A DNA stretch of 50,152 nt from Gemmatimonadota bacterium. GTDB lineage: Bacteria > Gemmatimonadota > Gemmatimonadetes > Gemmatimonadales > GWC2-71-9. Position numbers and translations under genes: made by a program. The stretch covers positions 1 to 50,152 of the forward strand of contig JBEPVA010000004.1 of assembly GCA_041691295.1 (NCBI GenBank), written 5' to 3'. The stretch's first letter is position 1. Each line of letters opens with the position of its first letter. Positions 31,325 through 41,738 of the stretch are shown here, piece by piece. The notes below the pieces were generated by a model. The model was not told where the DNA came from. It saw only the letters and a program-made list of their open reading frames with translations, and did not search any database.

Positions 31325-33547
31325 ATGTCCTCCCCCTACCGCCCTTCCCCCATCCAGCGCCAGACGCTGTTCAGCGTGGTGCTGCTGCTCGGCATCGTGG
31401 CCAGTCTGGTGGTCATCGCCGCGGTGGGGTTCGAAACCCTGTCGTCGGCGCGGGCCTACGTCGGAGGTGAGGGCCTGTGGTCCAAGGCGCAGAAGGATGC
31501 GGTCTACTACCTGCTGCGCTACTCGGAGAGTCACGATTCCGCCGAATACTCGGCCTTCGAGCGTGATCTGCTGGTACAGGCCGGGGACCGGGCCGCTCGC
31601 CTGGAGCTCGACAAGCCCAGTCCCGATGCAGAGATCGTTCGCCAAGGGTTTCTGCAGGGCCGCAATCATCCAGAGGACCTGGCCGGGATGGAGCGATTCT
31701 ATCGCCGATTCGGGCGGGTGAGGTATGTCGCCCAGGCCATCGGAATCTGGACCGAGGCCGACACCGTCATCACTGAGCTCCATGGACTGGGGGCCCAGCT
31801 ACGGCATGAGATCGAGAGCCCCCGTCCCGATGACAACCGGATCCACCAGATCCGGATCGAGATTTACGCCGTCAATCTCCGGCTGACCAGGCTGGAGGAC
31901 TCGTTCTCGGGGGCCATGGGCATGGGCGCTCGCTGGGCCGAGCAGGTGCTGTTGATCCTGACCGCGAGCGTCGCGGGGCTGCTGCTGCTGGTGGCCATGC
32001 TGGGTTTGCGCTACCAGGCTGGCCGCCTGCAGGCCGCCGAGGATTCCCGGCGGGCCAGCGAGGAACAGCTGGGGGCGCTGGTGCAGCGGGCCCAGTTCGG
32101 CATCATCCGCTCGGCCGTCGATGGCGCAGTCCTCAGCGCCAACCCCGCGCTGGTGCGGATGCTCGGCTATGACACCGAGACCGAAGTCCTTGCCCTCGAC
32201 CTCGGCCGCGACGTCTACGCCAATCCGGCTGATCGGCCGCGGCTGCCGGACCAGGTGGCCAACGACTCAGTTTCGGGGGCGGAGGTGGAGTGGAAGCGGA
32301 AGGGTGGCGGCTCGGTCCAGGTCCGGCTGCACGGCCGGCTGGTGGGTGCCACCGGATCCGGCGCCCCCACCATCGAAGCCTTTGTCGAGGACGTGACCCA
32401 GCAGCGGGTGATGGAGGCCCAGCTGCGCCAGGCCCAGAAGATGGAAGCCGTCGGGCAGCTGACCGGCGGGCTGGCCCATGATTTCAATAATCTGCTGAGC
32501 GTCATCCTGTCGACCGCCAACCTGATCGCCGATGAACTGCCGCCCGGCGCCGCCCAGGCCAGGATCGACCTGGGCGCGCTGCAGCAGGCTGCCAGGCGGG
32601 GGGGCGCGATGATCCGGAAGCTGCTCGCCTTCAGCCGCGCGGACCAGCTGCAGTTCCGGCCTTACCTGCTCTCCCCGCTGGTGGAGGCCAATGCAATGGT
32701 GCTGCGCCGGCTGCTGCCGGCCAGCATCGAGATCGTGGTGGCCTCCGATCCGGATACGCCGACCATCCGAACCGATCCCTCGGCCCTTGAGCAGATCCTG
32801 CTTAACCTGGCCACCAACGCGCGCGACGCGATGCCCGGCGGCGGCACGCTGCGGATCATGACTGGAGCCGCACCGGCCGTCGACGGGGTCCGGCTGCACG
32901 GAGCCATCATCACCGTGAGTGATACGGGCACCGGGATGACGGAGGCGGTCCGGCAGCGCTACTTCGAGCCGTTCTTCACCACCAAACCGATTGGCGAAGG
33001 CACCGGCCTGGGTACCGCGATGATCTTTGGCCTGGTCAAGCAGCACGGCGGGCAGGTGGAGGTGGAGAGCGCGCCGGGCAAGGGCACCACGGTCACCATC
33101 CTGCTGCCGATCGTCGATGGGCTGGTGGCAAGTCCCCTGGAGGAAGAATCACGCGAGGTCCTGCCCGCGGGAGAGGGTACCATCCTGCTCGCCGAGGATG
33201 AGCCCCAGCTCCGCAGCTCGGCGCGGCGGATCCTCGAGCGGTTCGGCTACCGGGTGCTACCGGCGGCGGATGGCAATGAAGCGCTGGCGCTGTACCTCCG
33301 GTGGAAGGATCAGATCGACCTCATCATCACCGACGTGGTTATGCCGGGAATGGGCGGAGCCGCCCTGCTGGCGGAACTGGAGCGGCTGGGCTCGCGGATT
33401 CCGGTCCTGATCACCAGCGGATACACCGCCAGCGATCCGGACGGAGGGGTGCAGTTGCCGGACGGACTGCCATTCCTGCCCAAGCCGTGGGATGCGGCAG
33501 AGTTGCTGGCCAGTATCAGGGAAACGATCGAGCGCAGCCGGGGGTGA
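31325..33547 (+). CDS. Membrane hybrid histidine kinase (periplasmic sensor, PAS, kinase, receiver)
   Basis: Two TM segments flanking a [17 protein letters not shown] domain; [29 protein letters not shown]. Confidence 0.93.
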   Translation: MSSPYRPSPIQRQTLFSVVLLLGIVASLVVIAAVGFETLSSARAYVGGEGLWSKAQKDAVYYLLRYSESHDSAEYSAFERDLLVQAGDRAARLELDKPSPDAEIVRQGFLQGRNHPEDLAGMERFYRRFGRVRYVAQAIGIWTEADTVITELHGLGAQLRHEIESPRPDDNRIHQIRIEIYAVNLRLTRLEDSFSGAMGMGARWAEQVLLILTASVAGLLLLVAMLGLRYQAGRLQAAEDSRRASEEQLGALVQRAQFGIIRSAVDGAVLSANPALVRMLGYDTETEVLALDLGRDVYANPADRPRLPDQVANDSVSGAEVEWKRKGGGSVQVRLHGRLVGATGSGAPTIEAFVEDVTQQRVMEAQLRQAQKMEAVGQLTGGLAHDFNNLLSVILSTANLIADELPPGAAQARIDLGALQQAARRGGAMIRKLLAFSRADQLQFRPYLLSPLVEANAMVLRRLLPASIEIVVASDPDTPTIRTDPSALEQILLNLATNARDAMPGGGTLRIMTGAAPAVDGVRLHGAIITVSDTGTGMTEAVRQRYFEPFFTTKPIGEGTGLGTAMIFGLVKQHGGQVEVESAPGKGTTVTILLPIVDGLVASPLEEESREVLPAGEGTILLAEDEPQLRSSARRILERFGYRVLPAADGNEALALYLRWKDQIDLIITDVVMPGMGGAALLAELERLGSRIPVLITSGYTASDPDGGVQLPDGLPFLPKPWDAAELLASIRETIERSRG

Positions 33548-33652
33548 CTCCCCAAGATTGCAGACGGCTCCCCCTCGAGCCGTGTGCCCGTATTGCTGTT
33601 TTGCGGGTCGAACGGAATTCGATGCTTTTCAATGACCTTGGAATGGTGCGCA

Positions 33653-34660
33653 ATGCGAATCCAGAATCCGCTGCCGGTGGCGCTGCTGCTGATTGGCTCG
33701 GCCTGCGGTGGTGGAAGCGGTACCCCTTCACCCAGTATTGAAATCAGCAAGGCATCGCCGAGTGGAGACAGTCAGCACGTGGCACCATTTTCTACCGCGC
33801 CACAGCCGCTCCGGGTCAAAGTCACGAAGGATGGGGCTCCATGGGCGGGGCAGCCGGTACTGTGGATCCCCTCCCGCGATGCGGGCGTCGCCGGCAATAG
33901 CGTGACGGACGCCGACGGCATCGCGACCAGCTCCGTGTCGTCGGGCGATCAGGCAGGGACGGACACCGTAAATGCGACGTTGAACATCCACGGGCTTGCT
34001 TCAACCCCGCGGTTCCTTCTCTTCGTCGATCCGGGGCCAGCCGAGGCGCTTCGGTTTGTCGTCTCGCCATCCAACGTGATTCACGGAGGGGTGTTGGCAC
34101 CCGGGGTTCAGGTGGCGGTGATTGATCATGGTGGCAATACCGTGACCACTGCGGTGGGCGACATCACCCTGGTCATCACAGCCAATCCGAATCACGGAGC
34201 TCTGACTGGCGGTGGGCCCATCAGCGCAGTGAACGGCGTTGCCACATTTCCCGCCATGTCGATCGACTCCATTGGCGATGGATACACCGTGACCGCGTCC
34301 GCGGTGGCAGTGACTTCAATCACCAGTGCTGTCTTCAGTGTCACCGCGACGCCACCACTGGCCAGCGCGATCAGCGTGACCGTCGGGACCGGCCTTCGAT
34401 TCCGCAGTGTGCGGAACGGCACCGCCAACCCTGCGGTCGATACGCTGGCGGTCGGCGGCACCGTTACCTGGAACAAGGCGGGCGGCTCCCACAACGTGAC
34501 GTCGACCGGCGCTCCGAGCTTCCCCAGCAGTTACGGAAGCGCCTCGTCCCTCATCCCGATGGGCACCTCCTATGCGGCGACCTTCAACACCGCGGGCACC
34601 TATCACTACGATTGTGGCATCCATGGAACCGACATGACCGGCCGGGTGATCGTGAAATAG
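33653..34660 (+). CDS. Lipoprotein with Ig-like domains and a C-terminal cupredoxin domain
   Basis: Lipobox GSAC; type-1 copper ligands GSHNV...YDCGIHGTDMTG. Confidence 0.82.
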   Translation: MRIQNPLPVALLLIGSACGGGSGTPSPSIEISKASPSGDSQHVAPFSTAPQPLRVKVTKDGAPWAGQPVLWIPSRDAGVAGNSVTDADGIATSSVSSGDQAGTDTVNATLNIHGLASTPRFLLFVDPGPAEALRFVVSPSNVIHGGVLAPGVQVAVIDHGGNTVTTAVGDITLVITANPNHGALTGGGPISAVNGVATFPAMSIDSIGDGYTVTASAVAVTSITSAVFSVTATPPLASAISVTVGTGLRFRSVRNGTANPAVDTLAVGGTVTWNKAGGSHNVTSTGAPSFPSSYGSASSLIPMGTSYAATFNTAGTYHYDCGIHGTDMTGRVIVK

Positions 34661-34691
34661 CCCCGGCTCCGCGATCGCTGGGCCGGACATG

Positions 34692-34720
34692 ACAGAGGCG
34701 TCCCTTCGGGACGCCTCTGT
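34692..34720. terminator. Perfect 13-bp hairpin after the first cupredoxin lipoprotein
   Basis: acagaggcgtccc-ttc-gggacgcctctgt. Confidence 0.55.
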
Positions 34721-34747
34721 AGTCATCTCGAACGCAGGGGCGTCTGC

Positions 34748-34875
34748 ATACCGCCAGGGACCCCGATGGAGCGGTGCAGTTGCCGGACGGACTGCCATTC
34801 CTGCCCAAGCCGTGGGATGCGGCAGAGCTGCTGGCCAGTGTAAGAGAAACGATAAGCCGGAGTCAGGACATTTGA
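34748..34875 (+). pseudogene. Orphan copy of the histidine kinase 3' tail
   Basis: [41 protein letters not shown] versus [40 protein letters not shown]; more than 50 identical nt (33448 versus 34773). Confidence 0.92.
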
Positions 34876-34981
34876 TTACGTAGGAATACGAATAGCCGCC
34901 GTGCGGGTGTGCCCCCAGTTTAACCCGGCCGGTGGCACAACGTTGAAGCGCCGAAATTCCAATAACCCTGAGTGGTGCACG

Positions 34982-35995
34982 ATGACTCGTCACAAACCTT
35001 TCTCGGCCTTTGTCCTGATCAGCCTGGCTACCGCGGCCTGTGGTGGTGGCGGTGGGACACCGACGCCCGCCGTCGTGATCGCGAAGGCCGCTACCAGCGG
35101 CGATGCCCAGCATGCCGCCGTCACCACCGTGCTGGCGCTGCCACTGCAGGTAAAGGTCACGGAGGATGGCACCCCGAAGGTCGGCAGCACCGTGGTCTGG
35201 GCGGCCAGTGCGGCGGGCTCAATTGTGACGCCGGGCGGAGTGACCGGTGCCGATGGGATTGCCACGGCATCGGTCACCTTCGGCACCGTGGCCGGCCCGG
35301 ACACCGTCCGTGCCTCGCTCAGCGGCGCATCCGGCTCGCCGGTACGATTCATCATCTTTGCCGATCCGGGTGACGCGGCCAAACTGGGCTATGCCGTGGC
35401 GCCGAGCAATGTGCTCCACGGTGGAGTCATCACTCCGACGGTCAAGGTTGCGGTACAGGACTCGCATGGCAACACCGTCACTGATGCCACCAACGTTATC
35501 ACCCTGGCCATCGGCACGAATCCCGCGGCCGGCACGCTGACCGGCGGCGGTCCGGTGACCGCCACCGCCGGAGTGGCGTCGTTCACCACGCTCGCGATCG
35601 ATCAGATCGGAGCCGGGTACACGCTCACCGCGACCGCTACCGGGCTGACCTCGGTGACCAGCGCCCCATTCAGCGTCACGGCCACCCCGCCGCTGCCGAC
35701 CGCCATTGCAGTGACCGTCGGAACCGGCATCCTGTACCGGAGCGCCCGCAACAACACATCCAACCCGGCGGTCGACACCCTTGCGGTCGGTGGCACCGTG
35801 ACCTGGTCCAAGGCCGGCGGCTCGCACAGTGTCAGGTCCATCGGCCTCCCTGACTTTCCGAGCAGCTTTGGCGCCAATCCGGCAAACACGGTCATGGGCG
35901 CGACCTACGCCGCTACCTTCAATACGGCCGGGACCTACCAGTATGAGTGCGGAATTCACGGCACCCAGATGACCGGACGGGTGGTGGTGAAGTAG
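34982..35995 (+). CDS. Lipoprotein with Ig-like domains and cupredoxin; paralog of 33653-34660
   Basis: Lipobox TAAC; NPAVDTLAVGGTVTW; GSHSV...YECGIHGTQMTG. Confidence 0.85.
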   Translation: MTRHKPFSAFVLISLATAACGGGGGTPTPAVVIAKAATSGDAQHAAVTTVLALPLQVKVTEDGTPKVGSTVVWAASAAGSIVTPGGVTGADGIATASVTFGTVAGPDTVRASLSGASGSPVRFIIFADPGDAAKLGYAVAPSNVLHGGVITPTVKVAVQDSHGNTVTDATNVITLAIGTNPAAGTLTGGGPVTATAGVASFTTLAIDQIGAGYTLTATATGLTSVTSAPFSVTATPPLPTAIAVTVGTGILYRSARNNTSNPAVDTLAVGGTVTWSKAGGSHSVRSIGLPDFPSSFGANPANTVMGATYAATFNTAGTYQYECGIHGTQMTGRVVVK

Positions 35996-36198
35996 CGGCA
36001 AAGGGCGCGTCGGAGCCGGCGTCTCACGGCGCCTGAGTGGGTGGGTCTTTGGACATCGGAGGAGTGCGCAGCGGGCGGATCGTTTACCATTGACGTGCGG
36101 GGCCTGAGGAGGCCCCGGCGTCATTCTTCCTTTTGCCCCGACCCATTGCGCCGGGTCATCTCTCCACCGGCCGACCCAGGCCAATCCGGGAATGCCCC

Positions 36199-36654
36199 AT
36201 GGACTGGTTCATCAAGGCGTTCATCCGCGCATCCCTGCTTTGGTTCACCGCGGGGATCGTCCTGGGCCTGGCAATGGCGGTACACCCGGTCTGGATCGTC
36301 TACCGGCCGGCCCACGCCCACATGAATGTGGCCGGCTTTCTGACCCTCCTGGTCTTCGGGGTGGGTTACCAGCTGCTGCCACGCCTGTTTGGCGCCCCAC
36401 TCCATAGTCGCGGACTGGGCATCGCGCACCTCTACCTGGCCAACGTGGGTTTGGGCTGCCTGGTGCTCGGCTTCCTGCTCCAGCCCCAGATCGGGCTTCG
36501 GGCAGGATGGCTGCTGGCTGGTGGTGGTGGGTTGTACGCCATCGGGGCGCTCTGCTGGATCTGGAATCTCTGGCGCACCTTCAACCAGGCCGATGCCAGG
36601 CAGAGACTCCGCGACCAGGCGGGAGGCCCCGGGCTGCCCATCATCGGCCAGTAA
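36199..36654 (+). CDS. Four-TM membrane protein resembling a heme-copper oxidase subunit I fragment
   Basis: RPAHAHMNVAGF and YQLLPRL motifs; four hydrophobic segments. Confidence 0.6.
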   Translation: MDWFIKAFIRASLLWFTAGIVLGLAMAVHPVWIVYRPAHAHMNVAGFLTLLVFGVGYQLLPRLFGAPLHSRGLGIAHLYLANVGLGCLVLGFLLQPQIGLRAGWLLAGGGGLYAIGALCWIWNLWRTFNQADARQRLRDQAGGPGLPIIGQ

Positions 36655-36756
36655 TCGTCCGGTGGCCACCGGAGTGTCAATCGATCGGCGAGTCGGATTG
36701 TGATTGAGGCCGAACGGAGTGGCAACAGCGGCGCCCAGGCGGGCGCCGCTTTGACC

Positions 36757-37887
36757 TTACCCCACGAACCGCTGCACGAACCGCCGGTCGAGGGCGTCCT
36801 TCAGTTTCAGCACCCAGGCTCCGCGCACCACCAGCGCATCGTAGCTCAGGATGGCCTGGCCGGCGTTGGCCCCGAACAGCGCCGGAGTCCGGCCGCGCGG
36901 TCGGAACCGGGCCAGCCGCGGCTTGCCATCAGGATCGGCCGCCAGCATCGCGAGATTGGCCGCCAGCACCCTGCCCTGACGGCCGGCGGACACCGCCGAT
37001 TTCGGCGCGTTCTGCCAGGCCTCGAGCACCGCGCCCTCGCCGGAAGCCAGGATCTTCGGCTGTCCCAGAACCCGCAGTGTCTCATCCACCAGCAGAAATC
37101 CGTGGGACTCGGTCGGCAGGCCGGAATCACGGAACAGCGCTGGGGCAGCGGAACCTGTGGTCCAGATCAGCAGATCGACTGGCAGCACGCCATCACCGAC
37201 CAGCTTGAGATGCCCGGCACCGGCCGCCGCGACCGAGGTGGTCGGCCGCAGGGTGATATCCGCGGCCCGCAGCGTGATCCTGGTCTCGGCCTGGGCCCGG
37301 CTGGTGGCCACCGGAAGCACGGTGTGGCCCGCTTCAATGATGCTGACGGCGGCCAGCGCCGCACCGCGCTGGTCGAGCCTGGCCCTCGCGGCCAGCGCGA
37401 GCTCCACCCCGACCGGTCCACCCCCGACCACCACCACCCGGAGCGGTTCGGTTGCGTCCTGCGCCGCAGCCCGGTCGAGGGCTTCGCCGAGGGCCACGGC
37501 GGCGGACAATGTTCGAGCCGTCAGCGCCTGATCCGCCACGCCAGGAAGATTCAAGCCGGCCGGCGTTCCGTCGAGTGACAGCGACAGCAGGTCGTAGCCC
37601 AGCTTTTCACCCGACTCCATGATCACTTCGCTCCGGCCCGGGTCCACGCGCCGCAGCCGGCCGCGCACAATTCTGGCCCGGGCGCGTTCGATCACACGGC
37701 CGAGATCGATCGTCGCTTCGCTGGCCGGCAGGCGCCCCGCAACCACACCGGGCAGCATGCCCATATAGCCCAGCGGTTCCTCGACGCCGACCACCACGAT
37801 TTCGGTCCCGGAGAACGCGCCACGGGCGGCCGCTTCGAGCACGAAGAGGTGCGCGTAACCGGCGCCGGCCAGAATCATTCGAGTCAT
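36757..37887 (-). CDS. FAD-dependent pyridine nucleotide-disulfide oxidoreductase-like protein (resembles the domain found N-terminal to SelD)
   Basis: LAGAGYAH, YMGMLPG, VVGGGPVGVELA, KLKDALDRRFV; contains no Cys. Confidence 0.72.
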   Translation of the reverse strand: MTRMILAGAGYAHLFVLEAAARGAFSGTEIVVVGVEEPLGYMGMLPGVVAGRLPASEATIDLGRVIERARARIVRGRLRRVDPGRSEVIMESGEKLGYDLLSLSLDGTPAGLNLPGVADQALTARTLSAAVALGEALDRAAAQDATEPLRVVVVGGGPVGVELALAARARLDQRGAALAAVSIIEAGHTVLPVATSRAQAETRITLRAADITLRPTTSVAAAGAGHLKLVGDGVLPVDLLIWTTGSAAPALFRDSGLPTESHGFLLVDETLRVLGQPKILASGEGAVLEAWQNAPKSAVSAGRQGRVLAANLAMLAADPDGKPRLARFRPRGRTPALFGANAGQAILSYDALVVRGAWVLKLKDALDRRFVQRFVG

Positions 37888-37946
37888 GACGCAGTGTAGT
37901 CCCGTCTCCGGTCACTCGGAAGCAGGAAGAATCCACACCTCAGCGA

Positions 37947-37962
37947 TGTGCGACGGGTCACA
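37947..37962. promoter_or_regulatory. CRP-family-like box between divergent genes
   Basis: TGTGC-gacggg-TCACA, a 9/10 match to TGTGA-N6-TCACA. Confidence 0.4.
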
Positions 37963-38020
37963 GGCCATCGTCACATCGGGGTGTCAGCTATCTTGGAGGT
38001 TGACCTAATCCCCGATAACC

Positions 38021-39466
38021 ATGATCCTGACTCGCTTCTACGACGACTCGCTGGCCCAGGCCAGTTTTCTCATCGGCTGTAGTGCATCCGGTGAGGCGGT
38101 GATCATCGATCCCAATCGCCGGGTCGAGCAGTATATTGCCGCCGCGGAACAGGCAGGACTTCGGATCTCGGCAGTGACCGAGACCCATATTCATGCCGAC
38201 TTCGTCTCCGGCGCGCGGGAACTTGCCGCCCGCACCGGCGCCGCGCTGTATCTCTCCGATGAGGGCGGCGCCGACTGGCAGTATCGCTACGCCGCCGCCG
38301 CGGGCGCCGTGCTGCTCACCGATGGCAGCGCCATTGAAGTCGGGCGGGTCCGGCTGGTGGCCATGCACACCCCGGGGCACACGCCGGAGCATCTCTCTTT
38401 CGTGGTGACCGACACTGCAGGTGCGGATGGCCCGATCGGCATCGTGACCGGCGATTTTGTCTTTGCGGGTGATGTCGGGCGCCCCGACCTGCTCGAGCGG
38501 GCCGCGGGTGTGGCCCATGCCGCCGACGCCGGTGCCCGAGTCCTGTTTCGGAGCCTGAAGCGGTTCCGTACCTTGGCCGAACACCTTCAGGTCTGGCCCG
38601 GCCACGGCGCCGGTTCGGCCTGCGGCAAGGGGATGAGCTCGATGCCGCAGACCACGGTTGGCTACGAATTGCGCTACAACTGGGCCCTGCAGATTGCCGA
38701 TGAGGCGGAGTTCGTCTCTCAGGCACTGATGGGACTGCCGGAGCCGCCCCGGTATTTCGGCCAGATGAAGCGGATCAACCGGGATGGTCCGCCCCTGCTG
38801 GGTGACCAGCGTTCCCCCAGCCTGCTGCCGGAGCAGCGGCTCAAGCCGCTGCTGGCCGCCGGGGCCACGGTGGTCGATCTGCGGGGGGCCGCGGCGTTTG
38901 CCGCCGGGCATGTGCCGGGCACGATCAGCATTCCGTTCAACAAGAGTTTCACCACCTGGGCCGGATCGCTGATTCCCTTCGACCGTGAGTTCTACCTGAT
39001 CGCCGATGAGCGGGGCCGAGCGGTGCTGGACCATGCGGCACTTGACCTGATGATGATCGGGTTGTCGCGGATCGCGGGCGCCTTTGGCCCCGAGGTGCTG
39101 GAAACCTGGCCGGCGCAGGAGGGTTCGCTGCAGACCTCGGCACAGCTCTCCGTGGCCGAACTGTCGGACCGGCTCAAACGGAATGAGGTGACGGTGCTCG
39201 ATGTCCGCAGTCAGGCCGAATGGGATGCCGGCCACCTGGCCGGTGCCACCCACATTCCGCTCGGATCATTGCCCGAGCGCCTCAAGGACTTTCCCGTCGA
39301 TCGTCCGCTGGTGGTCCATTGCCAGGGCGGTGGCCGCTCGGCCATCGGTGTGAGCCTGCTGCAGGCGGCCGGCCACCGGGCGGTGGCCAATCTCTCCGCC
39401 GGTTTCGGCGGCTGGCAGGGCGCCGGCCTGCCGATCGTCCCGGGTCGCCCCGGGTCTGATGATTGA
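38021..39466 (+). CDS. MBL-fold persulfide dioxygenase fused to two rhodanese domains (CstB-like)
   Basis: ETHIHADF, TPGHTPEH, GDVGRPDL, GHGAGSACGK, HCQGGGRS. Confidence 0.88.
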   Translation: MILTRFYDDSLAQASFLIGCSASGEAVIIDPNRRVEQYIAAAEQAGLRISAVTETHIHADFVSGARELAARTGAALYLSDEGGADWQYRYAAAAGAVLLTDGSAIEVGRVRLVAMHTPGHTPEHLSFVVTDTAGADGPIGIVTGDFVFAGDVGRPDLLERAAGVAHAADAGARVLFRSLKRFRTLAEHLQVWPGHGAGSACGKGMSSMPQTTVGYELRYNWALQIADEAEFVSQALMGLPEPPRYFGQMKRINRDGPPLLGDQRSPSLLPEQRLKPLLAAGATVVDLRGAAAFAAGHVPGTISIPFNKSFTTWAGSLIPFDREFYLIADERGRAVLDHAALDLMMIGLSRIAGAFGPEVLETWPAQEGSLQTSAQLSVAELSDRLKRNEVTVLDVRSQAEWDAGHLAGATHIPLGSLPERLKDFPVDRPLVVHCQGGGRSAIGVSLLQAAGHRAVANLSAGFGGWQGAGLPIVPGRPGSDD

Positions 39467-41738
39467 TCTGAGCAAATATGAAGTGACTGCGGTCGTGGCC
39501 TTCATCGGCACGATCGTGCAGACCTCGGTCGCCGTTCTGCTGGCCGGCCTGTTCTTTCTCCTCAGCCGCCGGGCCGGCCGGCGCCCCTACACCGTGGCCT
39601 GGAGCTGGGCCCTGGTGGCCCTGGCCGGCGGCATCGGTGCGGTGGTGGCCAGCTATCTGCTGCCGAACAGCGGTCCGGTCCTCGGTGTGCCGATCCGGAT
39701 GACCGCGGCGGTCCTGCTCTGCTACACCAGCTATCTCTTCGGCAAACTGCTGTTCAGCGGGCTGCTGGTCGTGGGCGCGCTCGACTATATCGGGGTTCCG
39801 GTCCATCACGCCGTGGTCAGATCTGCGGCGCTGGCACTGGCCATCCTGACCCTGACCACCGTCGTCCTCCTGCAGACCCTCGACCAGATCGTGATCGTGC
39901 AGGCGGTCATTGTGGCCCCGACCCTGGCGGGGTGTGCCTTCGTCCTGATGAGGCTGCCACCGCAGCGGCGCGGCATCGGATCCAAGCTGACCATCCTGGT
40001 CTGTTTCCTCACCGCGGTGCTCTGGCTGGCCTACGGGGCCGGATTCCTGCTCAGCTGGCTGCACCGGCATGAGGTGGGTTACGTCAACCCGTTCTGGGGG
40101 CTGCTCCGCGCCAATCCCTTCATTGATACCGTGATGGAAATGCTGCTGGCCTTCGGGCTGGTGGTCATGATCAACGAACAGGCTGAGCGTGAGGTCGAGG
40201 GGGAGCGGGCCGCGCGGCTGAGCGAACTGGCCTCGTCGGGCGAGCGGCTCTCGGCCGTCATTCGCGGGGCGATGGATGCCATCGTCCTGCTCGACGGCAA
40301 GGGATTCATCACGCTCAGCAATGCCGCCGCGGATCAGATGTTTGCTTCGGCTGACGCGTCGGTGGCGGGCCGGCCATTCGCCCAGTGCGTGGCGGAGAGC
40401 GAGCGGATCGCGCTGGCGGCGTGGCTGGCCGCGCCACCCACCGGCGATGTTCCGAACCGCGCGATGCTCGGCCTCCGCCCCGACGAGAGTACCTTCCGCG
40501 TGGAGGCGTCCAGCGCCGATCTCTCGCTTGGCGGCTCGACGCACCGGCTGCTGGTCATCCGGGATATCACCGGCCGAGAAAAGGCCGAGGCCGAACGGCT
40601 GGAGCTACAGCAGCGGCTGGCCCAGTTCGAGAAGACTGAGGCGCTGGGGCGGCTGGTCTCCGGCATTACCCATGAGCTCAACAACCCGTTGGCGGCCATC
40701 CTGGCGGCAGTGGGGGATCTGCTGGAGCAGGAGCCGACCGGCCACAAGCGCTCGGTGCTGGCGGTGATTCACGAGCAGGCCCAGCGCTGCCGGCTGATTA
40801 CCCGTAATCTGGTCTACTTCATCCGGGGCGGCGAAGGACAGCGACAGGAAACGGCGCCGACGACCGCGGTCGGGCGGGCGGTGGAAGAGGTCCGGCCGGA
40901 GGCTGAACGCAGCCAGGTCACCCTCACGCTGGTCACCCCGCCAACCATTCCCTCGCTGATGGCCGATCCGGTGGCGCTCGAACAGGTCGTGGCTAACCTG
41001 ACCCTCAACGCCATCGAGGCGGCGGGGCGCGGCGGCCGGGTGCGGGTGGTGCTGTCGGTCAGGGACGGCCGCCTGGTGCTGGCGGTCGAGGACAACGGAC
41101 CCGGCATTCCGCCACTGCTGCTGTCACGGATCTTCGATCCGTTCTTTACCCGCAAACCGGTCGGGCGCGGCAGCGGACTCGGCCTGCCGGTGGCACTGGG
41201 CATCATCCAGCATCACGGTGGGACCCTGGTGGCGGAGAACATCGCGCCGCCGGGACGCGGGGCCCGGGTCACCGCGGAAATTCCGCTGGGACCCGGCAAG
41301 CCGCGAGCACATCAGATGGAGGAACGACCATTGCCAGCCACGCAGCGGCGGGCCCTGATCATAGATGATGAAGCGCCGGTCCGGTCACCATTGCGCCGTT
41401 TTCTCGAGCGGCGGGGCTGGCAGGTGGTCGAGGCGGAGGATGGCGAGCAGGGATTGCAGATCCTGCGGCGCAGCGGGTTCGATGACTTCGACCTGATCCT
41501 GTCGGACCTGAAGATGCCGGGGATGTCCGGCATCGACTTGCACGATCAGCTGATGGCGGAGCGATCCGACCTGGTCTCCAGGCTGGTCTTCATTACCGGG
41601 GACGTGGTGTCGACCGACGTGGCGGCGTTTCTCCGCCAAACCGCGCGGCCGGTGCTGGAAAAACCGTTCGAGCTCACCGAGCTCGACTCGGTGATCGAGC
41701 GGCTCAGCGGACCGCGCCAGGAAAACGGCTCGGGCTGA
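39459..41738 (+). CDS. Multi-TM sensor hybrid histidine kinase (PAS, kinase, receiver)
   Basis: About seven TM segments; ITHELNNPL, NAIEA, DNGPGI, GSGLGL, DLKMPGMSG. Confidence 0.9.
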   Translation: MIDLSKYEVTAVVAFIGTIVQTSVAVLLAGLFFLLSRRAGRRPYTVAWSWALVALAGGIGAVVASYLLPNSGPVLGVPIRMTAAVLLCYTSYLFGKLLFSGLLVVGALDYIGVPVHHAVVRSAALALAILTLTTVVLLQTLDQIVIVQAVIVAPTLAGCAFVLMRLPPQRRGIGSKLTILVCFLTAVLWLAYGAGFLLSWLHRHEVGYVNPFWGLLRANPFIDTVMEMLLAFGLVVMINEQAEREVEGERAARLSELASSGERLSAVIRGAMDAIVLLDGKGFITLSNAAADQMFASADASVAGRPFAQCVAESERIALAAWLAAPPTGDVPNRAMLGLRPDESTFRVEASSADLSLGGSTHRLLVIRDITGREKAEAERLELQQRLAQFEKTEALGRLVSGITHELNNPLAAILAAVGDLLEQEPTGHKRSVLAVIHEQAQRCRLITRNLVYFIRGGEGQRQETAPTTAVGRAVEEVRPEAERSQVTLTLVTPPTIPSLMADPVALEQVVANLTLNAIEAAGRGGRVRVVLSVRDGRLVLAVEDNGPGIPPLLLSRIFDPFFTRKPVGRGSGLGLPVALGIIQHHGGTLVAENIAPPGRGARVTAEIPLGPGKPRAHQMEERPLPATQRRALIIDDEAPVRSPLRRFLERRGWQVVEAEDGEQGLQILRRSGFDDFDLILSDLKMPGMSGIDLHDQLMAERSDLVSRLVFITGDVVSTDVAAFLRQTARPVLEKPFELTELDSVIERLSGPRQENGSG

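Noticed and set aside
36054-36092. DIGGVRSGRIVYH* as another orphan tail of the cupredoxin gene
   Set aside because: Similarity to IHGTQMTGRVVVK* is too short and weak to support.
36757-37887. Sulfide:quinone oxidoreductase call
   Set aside because: The protein has no cysteines, which SQR catalysis requires.
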